Below are positions 1 through 6,440 of a DNA stretch of 28,412 bases, piece by piece. Location of the stretch: positions 1 to 28,412 of the IMG/VR virus record IMGVR_UViG_3300023100_000007, one strand, 5' to 3'. Made by a program: the position numbers and the translations under genes. The notes below the pieces were generated by a model, which saw only the letters and a program-made list of their open reading frames with translations, was not told where the DNA came from and did not search any database. How positions within the stretch are numbered: the first letter of the stretch is position 1; each line of letters opens with the position of its first letter. Origin of the DNA: a virus (taxonomy: Duplodnaviria; Caudoviricetes).

Positions 1-119
1 TTAAATGACTCACCATCGGCCATAGTCGCGTATTTGTTGTGGTCAAATCGAGACACGTTGACCTCGCGCATGATGCAATCCTTACTACCCTCTACAGGGT
101 AGTCAGTCCAAGCCTTCAT
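1..119 (-). CDS. hypothetical phage protein, 5' part (MKAWTDYPVEGSKDC...), runs off the window
   Basis: ATG at 119 after GAGAGGG RBS-like sequence and a promoter at 160-203; open to the window edge. Confidence 0.6.
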   Translation of the reverse strand, partial: MKAWTDYPVEGSKDCIMREVNVSRFDHNKYATMADGESF

Positions 120-159
120 CCCCAAACCCTCTCTATTCGGCCATCGCCGCGATAGGTCA

Positions 160-203
160 ATCCTAGCAAACCTAGCCTTTCCGTAGGCCTACAAATATAG
201 AAC
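160..203 (-). promoter_or_regulatory. GTTCYA-type promoter (GTTCTA-N32-TAGGAT)
   Basis: GTTCTA at 203-198 and -10 TAGGAT at 165-160, 32 nt apart as in the other copies. Confidence 0.6.
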
Positions 204-214
204 AATGAGTTGCG

Positions 215-400
215 TTATTCGTCGCAATCCGGGGCGTATAGGGTCGCCCTGTCGGCCAAGTCAGCCTTTGTGTACCGGTAGCCGCAGTAGCAGCTCATTC
301 CTACAGCCACGTCAATCGGCTCTAGATCGTAGTCGATGCCGCATTTAGGGCACTCAATCTCTACCCACGGGGACAGTACGTCCATTACTACGTGGCGCAT
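215..400 (-). CDS. small zinc-ribbon protein
   Basis: 61 aa with CPKC...CYCG; start overlaps the i-spanin stop (TAATG). Confidence 0.65.
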   Translation of the reverse strand: MRHVVMDVLSPWVEIECPKCGIDYDLEPIDVAVGMSCYCGYRYTKADLADRATLYAPDCDE

Positions 401-948
401 TACTTTTCCTTAGGAACCATGCACTTGCCGTACAGCTCGCGGATTGCGATCAGTTCGGATTGGAGCCAGACGATCCATTGGTCGGATTGGTCGGCGTTTC
501 CAACAAGATAGCCCGTGCCTTCTGCCCGAAGGTCGGCGTCTGCATCCGGTCTGCTGGCAGTTCCGGCAACGGCTTGACCTTCACGTACTCGATTTGACTC
601 ACAGCCCCGCCACTGCTGCTGCAACCGCTGATTACCACTGCGAAGATCGCTGACAAGAGTAGTTTGCGCATGGATAGCCGACTCCCGTCCGGCCTGGTAG
701 TTTCGTTCGGCCTCAGCCGACTTAGATTGGTATTCAATGACAGCCTCTTGTGCCTTCTCTCGGGCCGTAGCAGCCGCCTGAGCAGCCTTTGCCGTAGCGG
801 CCACTACCTTATCCCGATAAGCAGCGTAGGCGCCCTGAGAATTCCCAAGACGCCATGTCTGCACCCCAGCGGCTAGGAGGAGTAAAGCAGCCAATGCAGC
901 GAAGCAAGAAGCCCTAATTCCGCCTAGCGCTAGGATGATGGCGTTCAT
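400..948 (-). CDS. Rz: Rz-like inner-membrane spanin (i-spanin)
   Basis: N-terminal TM helix, long Ala-rich coiled coil, DLRSGNQRLQ motif, C-terminal Cys; end of lysis cassette. Confidence 0.85.
   Translation of the reverse strand: MNAIILALGGIRASCFAALAALLLLAAGVQTWRLGNSQGAYAAYRDKVVAATAKAAQAAATAREKAQEAVIEYQSKSAEAERNYQAGRESAIHAQTTLVSDLRSGNQRLQQQWRGCESNRVREGQAVAGTASRPDADADLRAEGTGYLVGNADQSDQWIVWLQSELIAIRELYGKCMVPKEK
450..671 (-). CDS. Rz1: Rz1-like outer-membrane lipoprotein spanin (o-spanin), embedded in the i-spanin gene
   Basis: MRKLLLSAIFAVVISG|C lipobox with Pro-rich mature part, in an alternative frame fully inside Rz; start refined to ATG 671. Confidence 0.85.
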   Translation of the reverse strand: MRKLLLSAIFAVVISGCSSSGGAVSQIEYVKVKPLPELPADRMQTPTFGQKARAILLETPTNPTNGSSGSNPN

Positions 949-1061
949 TAGCCTTCGCCGAAGCCGTTGCTAACAATATCTTCAGTGGACTGACTTACCC
1001 AGTCACCTGTAGTCGAGCAGTCCTCTACACCGTTATCTATCCAGCCAGTCTTATCACTCAT
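948..1061 (-). CDS. 37-aa acidic peptide (MSDKTGWIDNGVEDCSTTGDWVSQSTEDIVSNGFGEG)
   Basis: GAGGA RBS; stop overlaps the Rz ATG (TAATG); below the ORF-track cutoff. Confidence 0.55.
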   Translation of the reverse strand: MSDKTGWIDNGVEDCSTTGDWVSQSTEDIVSNGFGEG

Positions 1062-1077
1062 TCTCACATCCTCTTGA

Positions 1078-1500
1078 TTATTGGCGAATTCGCTTGTAGA
1101 TCAAATCCCAAAAAGCTGCGCACAGCCGGAACACGATAGATACAGACAGTCCGGCGATAACAGCAAACATGGTTGACATGAGTGTCTTCTGCTGCGCCCA
1201 TACCGTGAAGAATGCTGCTGCCGATGCTGCAATTTCAATGAACGCTAGCCGCAGGTGCATTAGGTCATTTCGCTTAGATTCTGGAATCCATCGGCGGAGC
1301 GCACCCATTACCGATACGCCCATAACGATGGCAACAAAGAATGATGCAACGCCAATGGGCATCTTATCCACTACCAACATGAGCCAGTTAAACCCAGCCG
1401 TCAGCGTGGAAAACAAGCCCTCTCCCTGAGTCGCCACCAAGACCACTAGGGCCGACAGGGACACCCCGACTGCACCAGCGGTCTTGGCGGGGGCACTCAT
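1078..1500 (-). CDS. multi-pass membrane protein, holin candidate
   Basis: 140 aa with about 4 hydrophobic segments and a basic C-terminus, inside the lysis cassette. Confidence 0.6.
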   Translation of the reverse strand: MSAPAKTAGAVGVSLSALVVLVATQGEGLFSTLTAGFNWLMLVVDKMPIGVASFFVAIVMGVSVMGALRRWIPESKRNDLMHLRLAFIEIAASAAAFFTVWAQQKTLMSTMFAVIAGLSVSIVFRLCAAFWDLIYKRIRQ

Positions 1501-1652
1501 TCTGACTGCTCTTCCTGAGCATCCATCTGCTCAGCCACGGCTCGCAGAATGTCAGAGGTGCGTGCGCCCTCGACGTATTCAGCGCCGAATTCCTGCACGC
1601 TGGCCTGACGATTCGGTCGCTTTGGTGGGGTGATTATGATGATGGTGGACAT
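1497..1652 (-). CDS. 51-aa hypothetical protein (MSTIIIITPPKRPNRQ...)
   Basis: AAGGA RBS; ATGA overlap with the next gene. Confidence 0.6.
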   Translation of the reverse strand: MSTIIIITPPKRPNRQASVQEFGAEYVEGARTSDILRAVAEQMDAQEEQSE

Positions 1653-1653
1653 G

Positions 1654-1947
1654 CTATTCCTTCTTTTCGGCCGGGGGCTTAAGCCATGGGGCTTGCTGGT
1701 AGATCACACTCAATAGGTCCTGAGTGCGATCATATTTTCTATTCATATCTAAGAACATAACGGCCATCAAACCGCAAAGCACCAAGCTTACTAGGCTCGT
1801 AGTTGCACAAATCCAGACACCGACGCCCCCAGCATTGATGTTGATATTGTTCCCATTCTGGCTTCCGCCGGAGCTAGACCCGATCCGCTCTAGAGAATCC
1901 TTGATATCCTTCACAGACTGCTCCATCCCCCTGATGCGAGTTTCCAT
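1654..1947 (-). CDS. single-TM lysis-region protein (holin/antiholin candidate)
   Basis: N-terminal coiled coil, then TM segment GVWICATTSLVSLVLCGLMAVMFL. Confidence 0.6.
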   Translation of the reverse strand: METRIRGMEQSVKDIKDSLERIGSSSGGSQNGNNININAGGVGVWICATTSLVSLVLCGLMAVMFLDMNRKYDRTQDLLSVIYQQAPWLKPPAEKKE

Positions 1948-1952
1948 GAGCG

Positions 1953-2237
1953 TTATTTGTTCCTTGCTTCCATTCGGATAACAATATCACGAACCTCTGC
2001 CAGCGTCGAAGCTACAGACTCAACCCTGCGGCTTAGATCATGGTAGTCCTCTCGGTCTGGAATCTCAGAAACCACCTTCATTTCCATGGCCGCCATACGG
2101 TCTTCCATCTTTGACATGCGGGCCTCAGCCTTATCGCGCTCTTTGTCAGCCGCAGACGCTTGGCGCTGTACCCAAAAAATGGTGATGCCAGCAATCAGGG
2201 TGGCCAACAAGCTCCACCAATTCATTGAATCACCCAT
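1953..2237 (-). CDS. N-terminal TM plus coiled-coil lysis-region protein
   Basis: WWSLLATLIAGITIFWV TM followed by heptad repeats; directly downstream of the endolysin. Confidence 0.65.
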   Translation of the reverse strand: MGDSMNWWSLLATLIAGITIFWVQRQASAADKERDKAEARMSKMEDRMAAMEMKVVSEIPDREDYHDLSRRVESVASTLAEVRDIVIRMEARNK

Positions 2238-2292
2238 TGGATAGCCCTCTTAGAAGATAGGGCTAGGCTACTCATTCGCGCTGAACGTGGCG

Positions 2293-2934
2293 TCATTTCA
2301 CGCTCCATGCACCAGCGTACTTCAGGGTCCATGATTTACGGTCGGCCAGACCAATAGCTCCACCATTGACCACCTTAGTGACGGCATCGACCGAACCCTT
2401 ATCGGCAATCTCGTTCAGGCCATTGGCCTTCCAAAACCAAATGGCACTAGCCACCGCGCCGTCAGGCTGGGCTACACGGTCAGGATTATCTAGGAGGTTC
2501 TCATCGCCAAGCCATGCGCGGCTGAAGCGTCGGTAGTTGTCGCGTCCTGTCAACTGCTTGATCCCGCGCCCACGGAACTTCCAACCATCCCCCGGTTTGG
2601 TATTCCCAAGATTCTTACGCCCCCACTCACCGCCGTACAGAATGTTAGCCAAGGCGTTCTGATGGGCCTCATGATCGCTAGTCCGCCCGAACTTGTCGGC
2701 GTCCTCTAGACTGATCCGGTGGCGTCCAAACAGCTTCTTCAGCGCGTCAGCCGAGTAGTTCAGGCTTTCCACCGTAGTCCGGAAGCCCCCCGTCTCCACG
2801 TGGCACTGTGCAAGAAACATAGAAGCTCGCCGAACATTATTCATCACGCCAGCGGCCTTCATCTGCCGAACTAGCTCTCGGGCGTAAGGCGCTGCGGCTG
2901 GGGCGATTCGGACGATTGATTCAGCAGTGATCAT
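2293..2934 (-). CDS. glycoside hydrolase family 19 endolysin
   Basis: FLAQCHVETGGF, GDGWKFRGRGIKQLTGRDNY, SAIWFW and TKVVNGG motifs typical of GH19 phage lysins. Confidence 0.92.
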   Translation of the reverse strand: MITAESIVRIAPAAAPYARELVRQMKAAGVMNNVRRASMFLAQCHVETGGFRTTVESLNYSADALKKLFGRHRISLEDADKFGRTSDHEAHQNALANILYGGEWGRKNLGNTKPGDGWKFRGRGIKQLTGRDNYRRFSRAWLGDENLLDNPDRVAQPDGAVASAIWFWKANGLNEIADKGSVDAVTKVVNGGAIGLADRKSWTLKYAGAWSVK

Positions 2935-2941
2935 ATATACA

Positions 2942-2979
2942 CAAGGCGCAGGTTTTCGAAAGGATACCCCTGCGCCTTG
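2942..2979. promoter_or_regulatory. 11-bp perfect inverted repeat just upstream of the endolysin start
   Basis: CAAGGCGCAGG (2942-2952) / CCTGCGCCTTG (2969-2979). Confidence 0.6.
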
Positions 2980-2990
2980 CTTGATGCAAA

Positions 2991-3239
2991 TTACTTCAGA
3001 TTTTCGTCAATCTCTGCAATTCGGGTATTGCCATCGTGGCCGTATCCGATGCACTCAGCATCCCACCCATCCCTGAAATCCGACTTTGAATTAATTTCAT
3101 GCGTTACATCAATCTTAGGGTCCATTGAATCATCAACAATGTCCCGAGCCGAATCTACCGCAATGGTGTGTGCCTCAAACTCACTTTCAGCATAAACAAC
3201 ACCTACGTAAGTCAGTTCAACGTTATAGAACTTCTTCAT
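2991..3239 (-). CDS. hypothetical acidic phage protein
   Basis: 82 aa, GGAGAGG RBS. Confidence 0.75.
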   Translation of the reverse strand: MKKFYNVELTYVGVVYAESEFEAHTIAVDSARDIVDDSMDPKIDVTHEINSKSDFRDGWDAECIGYGHDGNTRIAEIDENLK

Positions 3240-3249
3240 CCCACCTCTC

Positions 3250-3396
3250 CTATCGAATAACCCGCGAGTGCAAGGGCGCGACTCGCTCAGCCTTTTCCCG
3301 ATCCCGCTTAACCTGCTCAGACGTTCCGTGCCAATCTCGCCATGAGGATTTACCTGGGTTCTTCGCCCGCTGCATTGCGCGCTCTTGGTCAGTCAT
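3250..3396 (-). CDS. 48-aa hypothetical protein (MTDQERAMQRAKNPGKSSWRDW...)
   Basis: ATGA overlap with the upstream gene; fills the gap. Confidence 0.55.
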   Translation of the reverse strand: MTDQERAMQRAKNPGKSSWRDWHGTSEQVKRDREKAERVAPLHSRVIR

Positions 3397-3713
3397 CGAC
3401 TGACTCTCACTTCTGCATCAGGGTATTCATTGCAGGCCACGGCGTAGGCGACGGCGAAATCTAGAAGCCCCTCATAATCCCCCCAACCATTCTCAGGGTT
3501 CAGCAATTCCATCTCAGCCTTTCGCTTTACCAATTGAATAATTCCTGGTTCAAGGAAGGGTGAAATCTGAGAGGCCTTATCCATCCCATAACAATCCGGT
3601 CGCCAGGCTGCGTTTCCAAATCCTGCGGCATCTGCCATTGGACGAAGGTTATGCGTGATGTTCCACTCAAAAACCTCTTGTCCATCTACTTTAAGCCAAA
3701 CATCAAGGCTCAT
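3393..3713 (-). CDS. conserved hypothetical phage protein
   Basis: 106 aa, NITHNL..MA and NPENGWGDY motifs common in phage proteins; GGGGAG RBS. Confidence 0.8.
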   Translation of the reverse strand: MSLDVWLKVDGQEVFEWNITHNLRPMADAAGFGNAAWRPDCYGMDKASQISPFLEPGIIQLVKRKAEMELLNPENGWGDYEGLLDFAVAYAVACNEYPDAEVRVSR

Positions 3714-3752
3714 CTCATCTCCCTATTGGCCTGTGGCCTTTGTGTGTGAATT

Positions 3753-3864
3753 TGGAGCCGCTTACGGCGGCAAGTCGGGCTTTGGCTTACCGGGGCCCTA
3801 TCACGGAGTCGAACCGCATCTCGTCTTCACCAGAACGTCGCCACCTAGCGGGAATCGAACCCGC
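3753..3864 (-). ncRNA. tRNA-like element with two T-arm hairpins and a CCA end
   Basis: GCGGG-TTCGATT-CCCGC (3864-3848) and GCGG-TTCGACT-CCGT (3817-3803); ends ...GCGGCTCCA; no complete cloverleaf. Confidence 0.45.
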
Positions 3865-3872
3865 GATTTTCC

Positions 3873-4088
3873 TTAGATGCCAAACTCGGCCATCAATTCT
3901 TCGTCACTCAGATCGCAATCCACCGGAGCAGTCATCCCGAGGCGTTCACGCTCATCAGCAATCTGCTTTTCGTACTGACTAACCCAAACCTTTCGCAGCG
4001 AACGCTCACCTTCAGACTTAGCCTCACGAAGACGGATCATCTCATTATGAAGTCCGTATTCAAGGGCGTTCAGGTGGCTGGTATCCAT
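3873..4088 (-). CDS. hypothetical protein
   Basis: 71 aa helical ORF downstream of a GTTCYA promoter. Confidence 0.7.
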   Translation of the reverse strand: MDTSHLNALEYGLHNEMIRLREAKSEGERSLRKVWVSQYEKQIADERERLGMTAPVDCDLSDEELMAEFGI

Positions 4089-4118
4089 TTGGGCGTCTCA
4101 GTGCGTTGGTGTAGGCAT

Positions 4119-4182
4119 AGACTACCAAATTACACGATCCTATCAATATCATGCGTAGAACGATCTTTGCCATGGATGGAAC
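4119..4182 (-). promoter_or_regulatory. GTTCYA double-box promoter
   Basis: GTTCCA (4182-4177), GTTCTA (4161-4156), -35 TTGATA (4146-4141), -10 TAGTCT (4124-4119). Confidence 0.7.
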
Positions 4183-4196
4183 GATGGATTTTAGGC

Positions 4197-4232
4197 AAAA
4201 AAAGACCCAACGGTGGATGAGGCCGCTGGGTC
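4197..4232 (-). terminator. rho-independent terminator
   Basis: GACCCAGCGG-loop-CCGTTGGGTC followed by T7. Confidence 0.85.
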
Positions 4233-4309
4233 CGGAGCAGTTGGCGGGGAGGGACGCCACTTACTCATCCAGTGGGGAGGACACTGGGCAGGCGCTTGAG
4301 CAGCCGTGC
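4197..4309 (-). ncRNA. ~113-nt sRNA with C-rich (anti-SD) loops, sX13/cuckoo-like architecture
   Basis: Own promoter; hairpins CCAGTG-TCCTCCC-CACTGG and TGGCG-TCCCTCCC-CGCCA; intrinsic terminator. Confidence 0.75.
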
Positions 4310-4315
4310 GAGTTC

Positions 4316-4343
4316 ATTATAGCGACTCATGCGCGGCTGGCAA
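4316..4343 (-). promoter_or_regulatory. sigma70-type promoter for the sRNA
   Basis: TTGCCA-N16-TATAAT. Confidence 0.75.
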
Positions 4344-4353
4344 TAGCCAAATG

Positions 4354-4440
4354 TGGTTTCGTACATGAAGGAGTCGAACCTTCGACCGCAAAACCGCTTC
4401 AATCCGCCGTTGTACACCGGCTTTTATCTATCGGAACCGC
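4354..4440 (-). pseudogene. degenerate tRNA-Tyr(GTA)-like RNA
   Basis: T-arm GAAGG-TTCGACT-CCTTC as in bacterial tRNA-Tyr; GCCG-GTGTACAA-CGGC anticodon-like arm; long variable region; CCA end; D-arm and acceptor stem not canonical. Confidence 0.5.
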
Positions 4441-4464
4441 AGACTGCCGAGAGACGACATTTTT

Positions 4465-4540
4465 TGGAGCGGGTAGCCGGTAACGATCCGGTCTACTGCG
4501 ACTTGGAAGGACGCTGTGTATCCATAAACACCTTACCCGC
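4465..4540 (-). tRNA. tRNA-Gly(TCC)
   Basis: Acceptor GCGGGTA/TACCCGC, loop CTTCCAA, U73 plus CCA; atypical T-loop ATCGTTA. Confidence 0.85.
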
Positions 4541-4547
4541 TAAAACT

Positions 4548-4619
4548 CAACGAAGATTGGACTCGAACCAATACTATCGGCTTTGGAGGCCGAGGTGCTG
4601 CCAATTACACCACTCCGTC
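4548..4619 (-). tRNA. tRNA-Trp(CCA), CCA end not encoded
   Basis: GACGGAG/CTTCGTT acceptor, TCGGC-CTCCAAA-GCCGA anticodon arm, ATTGG-TTCGAGT-CCAAT T-arm, G73. Confidence 0.88.
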
Positions 4620-4627
4620 TAACTAAT

Positions 4628-4725
4628 TGGATAGGGCTGGATTTGAACCAGCAACCTCTAAGGTTTCGATGCCATCTTGTCGGCACCTACTAATATCGCG
4701 CTCTGTCCTGTTGAGCTACCTATCC
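4628..4725 (-). ncRNA. tRNA-like RNA with an expanded, remodelled anticodon domain
   Basis: Perfect acceptor (GGATAGG/CCTATCC), D-arm (GCTC/GAGC) and T-arm (GCTGG-TTCAAAT-CCAGC), but ~24 extra nt and no canonical anticodon loop. Confidence 0.7.
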
Positions 4726-4730
4726 AAAAT

Positions 4731-4816
4731 TGGCAGGACTACACTGAATCGAAAAGTTATCTATTTCTAGATAGCCAGGTTTTCAAGACCTGTTTGCACC
4801 CTGTGCGCGTAGACCC
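4731..4816 (-). tRNA. tRNA-Ser(TGA) with 8/4-type acceptor/T-stem
   Basis: CAGGT-CTTGAAA-ACCTG anticodon arm, long V-arm TATCTA-GAAA-TAGATA, G73-CCA; acceptor GGGTCTAC/GTAGTCCT (8 bp), short T-stem. Confidence 0.75.
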
Positions 4817-4820
4817 TAAA

Positions 4821-4936
4821 TGAGATATCGGCTTCTCAGTGCTTCAGGTTTTCCATCCTAGTTGATGGGCCTTAGCTTTGTCTCGACTTCACAGATCGTC
4901 ATCCGCTTGTCGTCTAACTGAGAATGCGATAACTCA
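4821..4936 (-). ncRNA. 116-nt three-way-junction RNA candidate
   Basis: Closing stem 4821-4840/4917-4936 encloses two internal hairpins; strand inferred from the tRNA operon. Confidence 0.55.
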
Positions 4937-5007
4937 CTTTCCCCCGCCAGCAGCCCTAAGCCCTCTAGAGCCACTGGCGGGTTCCTACATGCTACTTATC
5001 TCACAAT

Positions 5008-5219
5008 CCAAGTCTAGGCCGCGTGGGCGCTATACCATCCCCAATTTAGCCCCTCTAATCCTAGTTACGCTAGTTACTCGCCTAGATCACGCTGCGGAGA
5101 CGCCCGAAGGCTACACGACGCTCTGGGTGCCGCTGTTGTTTCGTCAAGCCAAGACCTGCGGCTGCTCGACTTCGCAGGTATCCGGATAACCGGGGCGCTG
5201 CGCTCGCCTACAAACCTTG
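5008..5219 (-). ncRNA. ~210-nt structured leader RNA candidate
   Basis: No credible ORF; ends pair (TAGGC/GCCTA, CAAG/CTTG); ACCTGCG/CGCAGGT hairpin; GCC-TTCG-GGC tetraloop. Confidence 0.4.
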
Positions 5220-5225
5220 AATTGA

Positions 5226-5253
5226 ATCTTACTCTTACTAGAATCCTATGCAA
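5226..5253 (-). promoter_or_regulatory. sigma70-type promoter for the RNA cluster
   Basis: TTGCAT-N16-TAAGAT; -35 lies within the inverted repeat 5241-5270. Confidence 0.55.
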
Positions 5254-5291
5254 CACCGTGCGTAGGATTCAGTGGTGCAGTGGTGGAACGA

Positions 5292-5699
5292 TCAGAGAGA
5301 CTTGCCGCCAGCCTTGGCGCGGTTCTCGGGCTTGTGGTCTGCTCGTTGCTGGTTGTACTCCAATTTAGCCAGCACAGCAGGACCAACATTTAGCTTCAGC
5401 GCACCAGCCAGGTCAAGAATGCGGATGATCGTATCGGCGAACTCAACCTCAACCATTGGCCGATCCGGAAGGTGATCGTCATTCAACCCCTTTCGGAAGC
5501 CTTCCAGCGCCTCCGACACTTCAGAATGCACTAGCGCGATCTTGCCAGCGATGAAGTGCTTACGGCCAACCTCATCCATCGCATCGTACTCATCCCACCA
5601 ACCGGACTGGCGAGCCAGCCGGTGGCAGAGTGATTGGAGGCAGACCATGCCAGCATTGGAAATATCCTTGGCCGCTTCACCAATCACTTGATTACTCAT
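5292..5699 (-). CDS. MazG-like nucleotide pyrophosphohydrolase
   Basis: IALVHSEVSEALEGFRK...EVEFADTIIRILDLAG...KLEYNQQR motif; probable start ATG 5699 overlapping the upstream stop. Confidence 0.85.
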   Translation of the reverse strand: MSNQVIGEAAKDISNAGMVCLQSLCHRLARQSGWWDEYDAMDEVGRKHFIAGKIALVHSEVSEALEGFRKGLNDDHLPDRPMVEVEFADTIIRILDLAGALKLNVGPAVLAKLEYNQQRADHKPENRAKAGGKSL

Positions 5700-6228
5700 C
5701 GGCAATAACTCGGTCGGCGTCGGGGTCAGCTTCATCATAGCTGGCTTCAGAGGAGCCGCTGCCGCTATATACGCCAGTCACGCCTTCTTCTGGCGGGTTA
5801 ACCTTGAATTCACCGGCCTTATTCAGCACCCAATTTCCATCTTCAGATTTAATATCGCCAAGCACATGCACTCCATCAACGTGCAGGCCATCATTCTTCA
5901 GCACGGAATTACCTTCTCGATACTCAAAAGGCGGCTCAATATCCTTTGGCAGACCCAAGCCCTCATCCAGCGTCAGCGTGAACTCATGGCCCTCAGTCGC
6001 GCCGATCACGCTATCCAGTCGGTAGCCCAGCGTGCCGAGAATATCCACCAGCGCATCGGAACTGATCTTCTCAACCTGGCCGCGCAGGATCGTACTCATA
6101 CGGCTATTGGCGATGCCGCATTCTTTCGCAGCCTGTACGCCGTTCAATCCCTTCATCTCAACGTGGCTCTTGATCGCCCGAGCCAGAGCGCCGCGCAGGG
6201 CGGTAGAGTTGCTATCAGTCATGTTCAT
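5692..6228 (-). CDS. XRE-family (HigA2/HTH_37-like) HTH protein with an acidic C-terminal extension
   Basis: GLNGVQAAKECGIANSRMSTILRGQVEKISSDALVDILGTLG HTH signature. Confidence 0.75.
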   Translation of the reverse strand: MNMTDSNSTALRGALARAIKSHVEMKGLNGVQAAKECGIANSRMSTILRGQVEKISSDALVDILGTLGYRLDSVIGATEGHEFTLTLDEGLGLPKDIEPPFEYREGNSVLKNDGLHVDGVHVLGDIKSEDGNWVLNKAGEFKVNPPEEGVTGVYSGSGSSEASYDEADPDADRVIADE

Positions 6229-6230
6229 CC

Positions 6231-6440
6231 TTAGTTGGTTGGCGGAGCCGGAAGCGGCATCCAGTGTGTGATTTCATCATACTCAAACCATCCAGCTAGG
6301 CCGCGCGATCCAGCGAAGAAGCATTTCTTATCTCTACTGTACTCGGCAGGCCAAACCTTAAGATTTTCATTAGTTGGATCAAATACTACGCATAGCTGAC
6401 CATCCTCAGGCTCTTCATTATTTGCCCTCCAATCCATCAC
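6231..6440 (-). CDS. DUF551-like protein
   Basis: W...PE...ITHWMPLPAPP signature. Confidence 0.85.
   Translation of the reverse strand: MMDWRANNEEPEDGQLCVVFDPTNENLKVWPAEYSRDKKCFFAGSRGLAGWFEYDEITHWMPLPAPPTN

Noticed and set aside
4119-4182. HrpX PIP box as the identity of the repeated motif
   Set aside because: Half-sites are TTCCA/TTCTA rather than TTCGB, and the period is 21-22 rather than 20; only the geometry is similar.
4354-4440. Bacterial Y RNA (YrlA)
   Set aside because: Arm order does not match the permuted YrlA fold, no Ro60/Rsr gene is present in the window, and the sequence is closer to tRNA-Tyr.
4151-4622. Plus-strand ORFs 4151..4483 and 4353..4622
   Set aside because: Antisense to the sRNA and tRNA genes, with no RBS or protein-like features.
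4731-4816. tRNA-Sec or opal suppressor
   Set aside because: The anticodon reads 5'-UGA-3' (decodes Ser UCA), not UCA; the TCA is visible only on the non-coding strand.
5074-5256. tmRNA or a 60-aa CDS
   Set aside because: No tmRNA tRNA-like ends or ALAA-type tag; the ORF starts in the promoter, lacks an RBS and has atypical composition.
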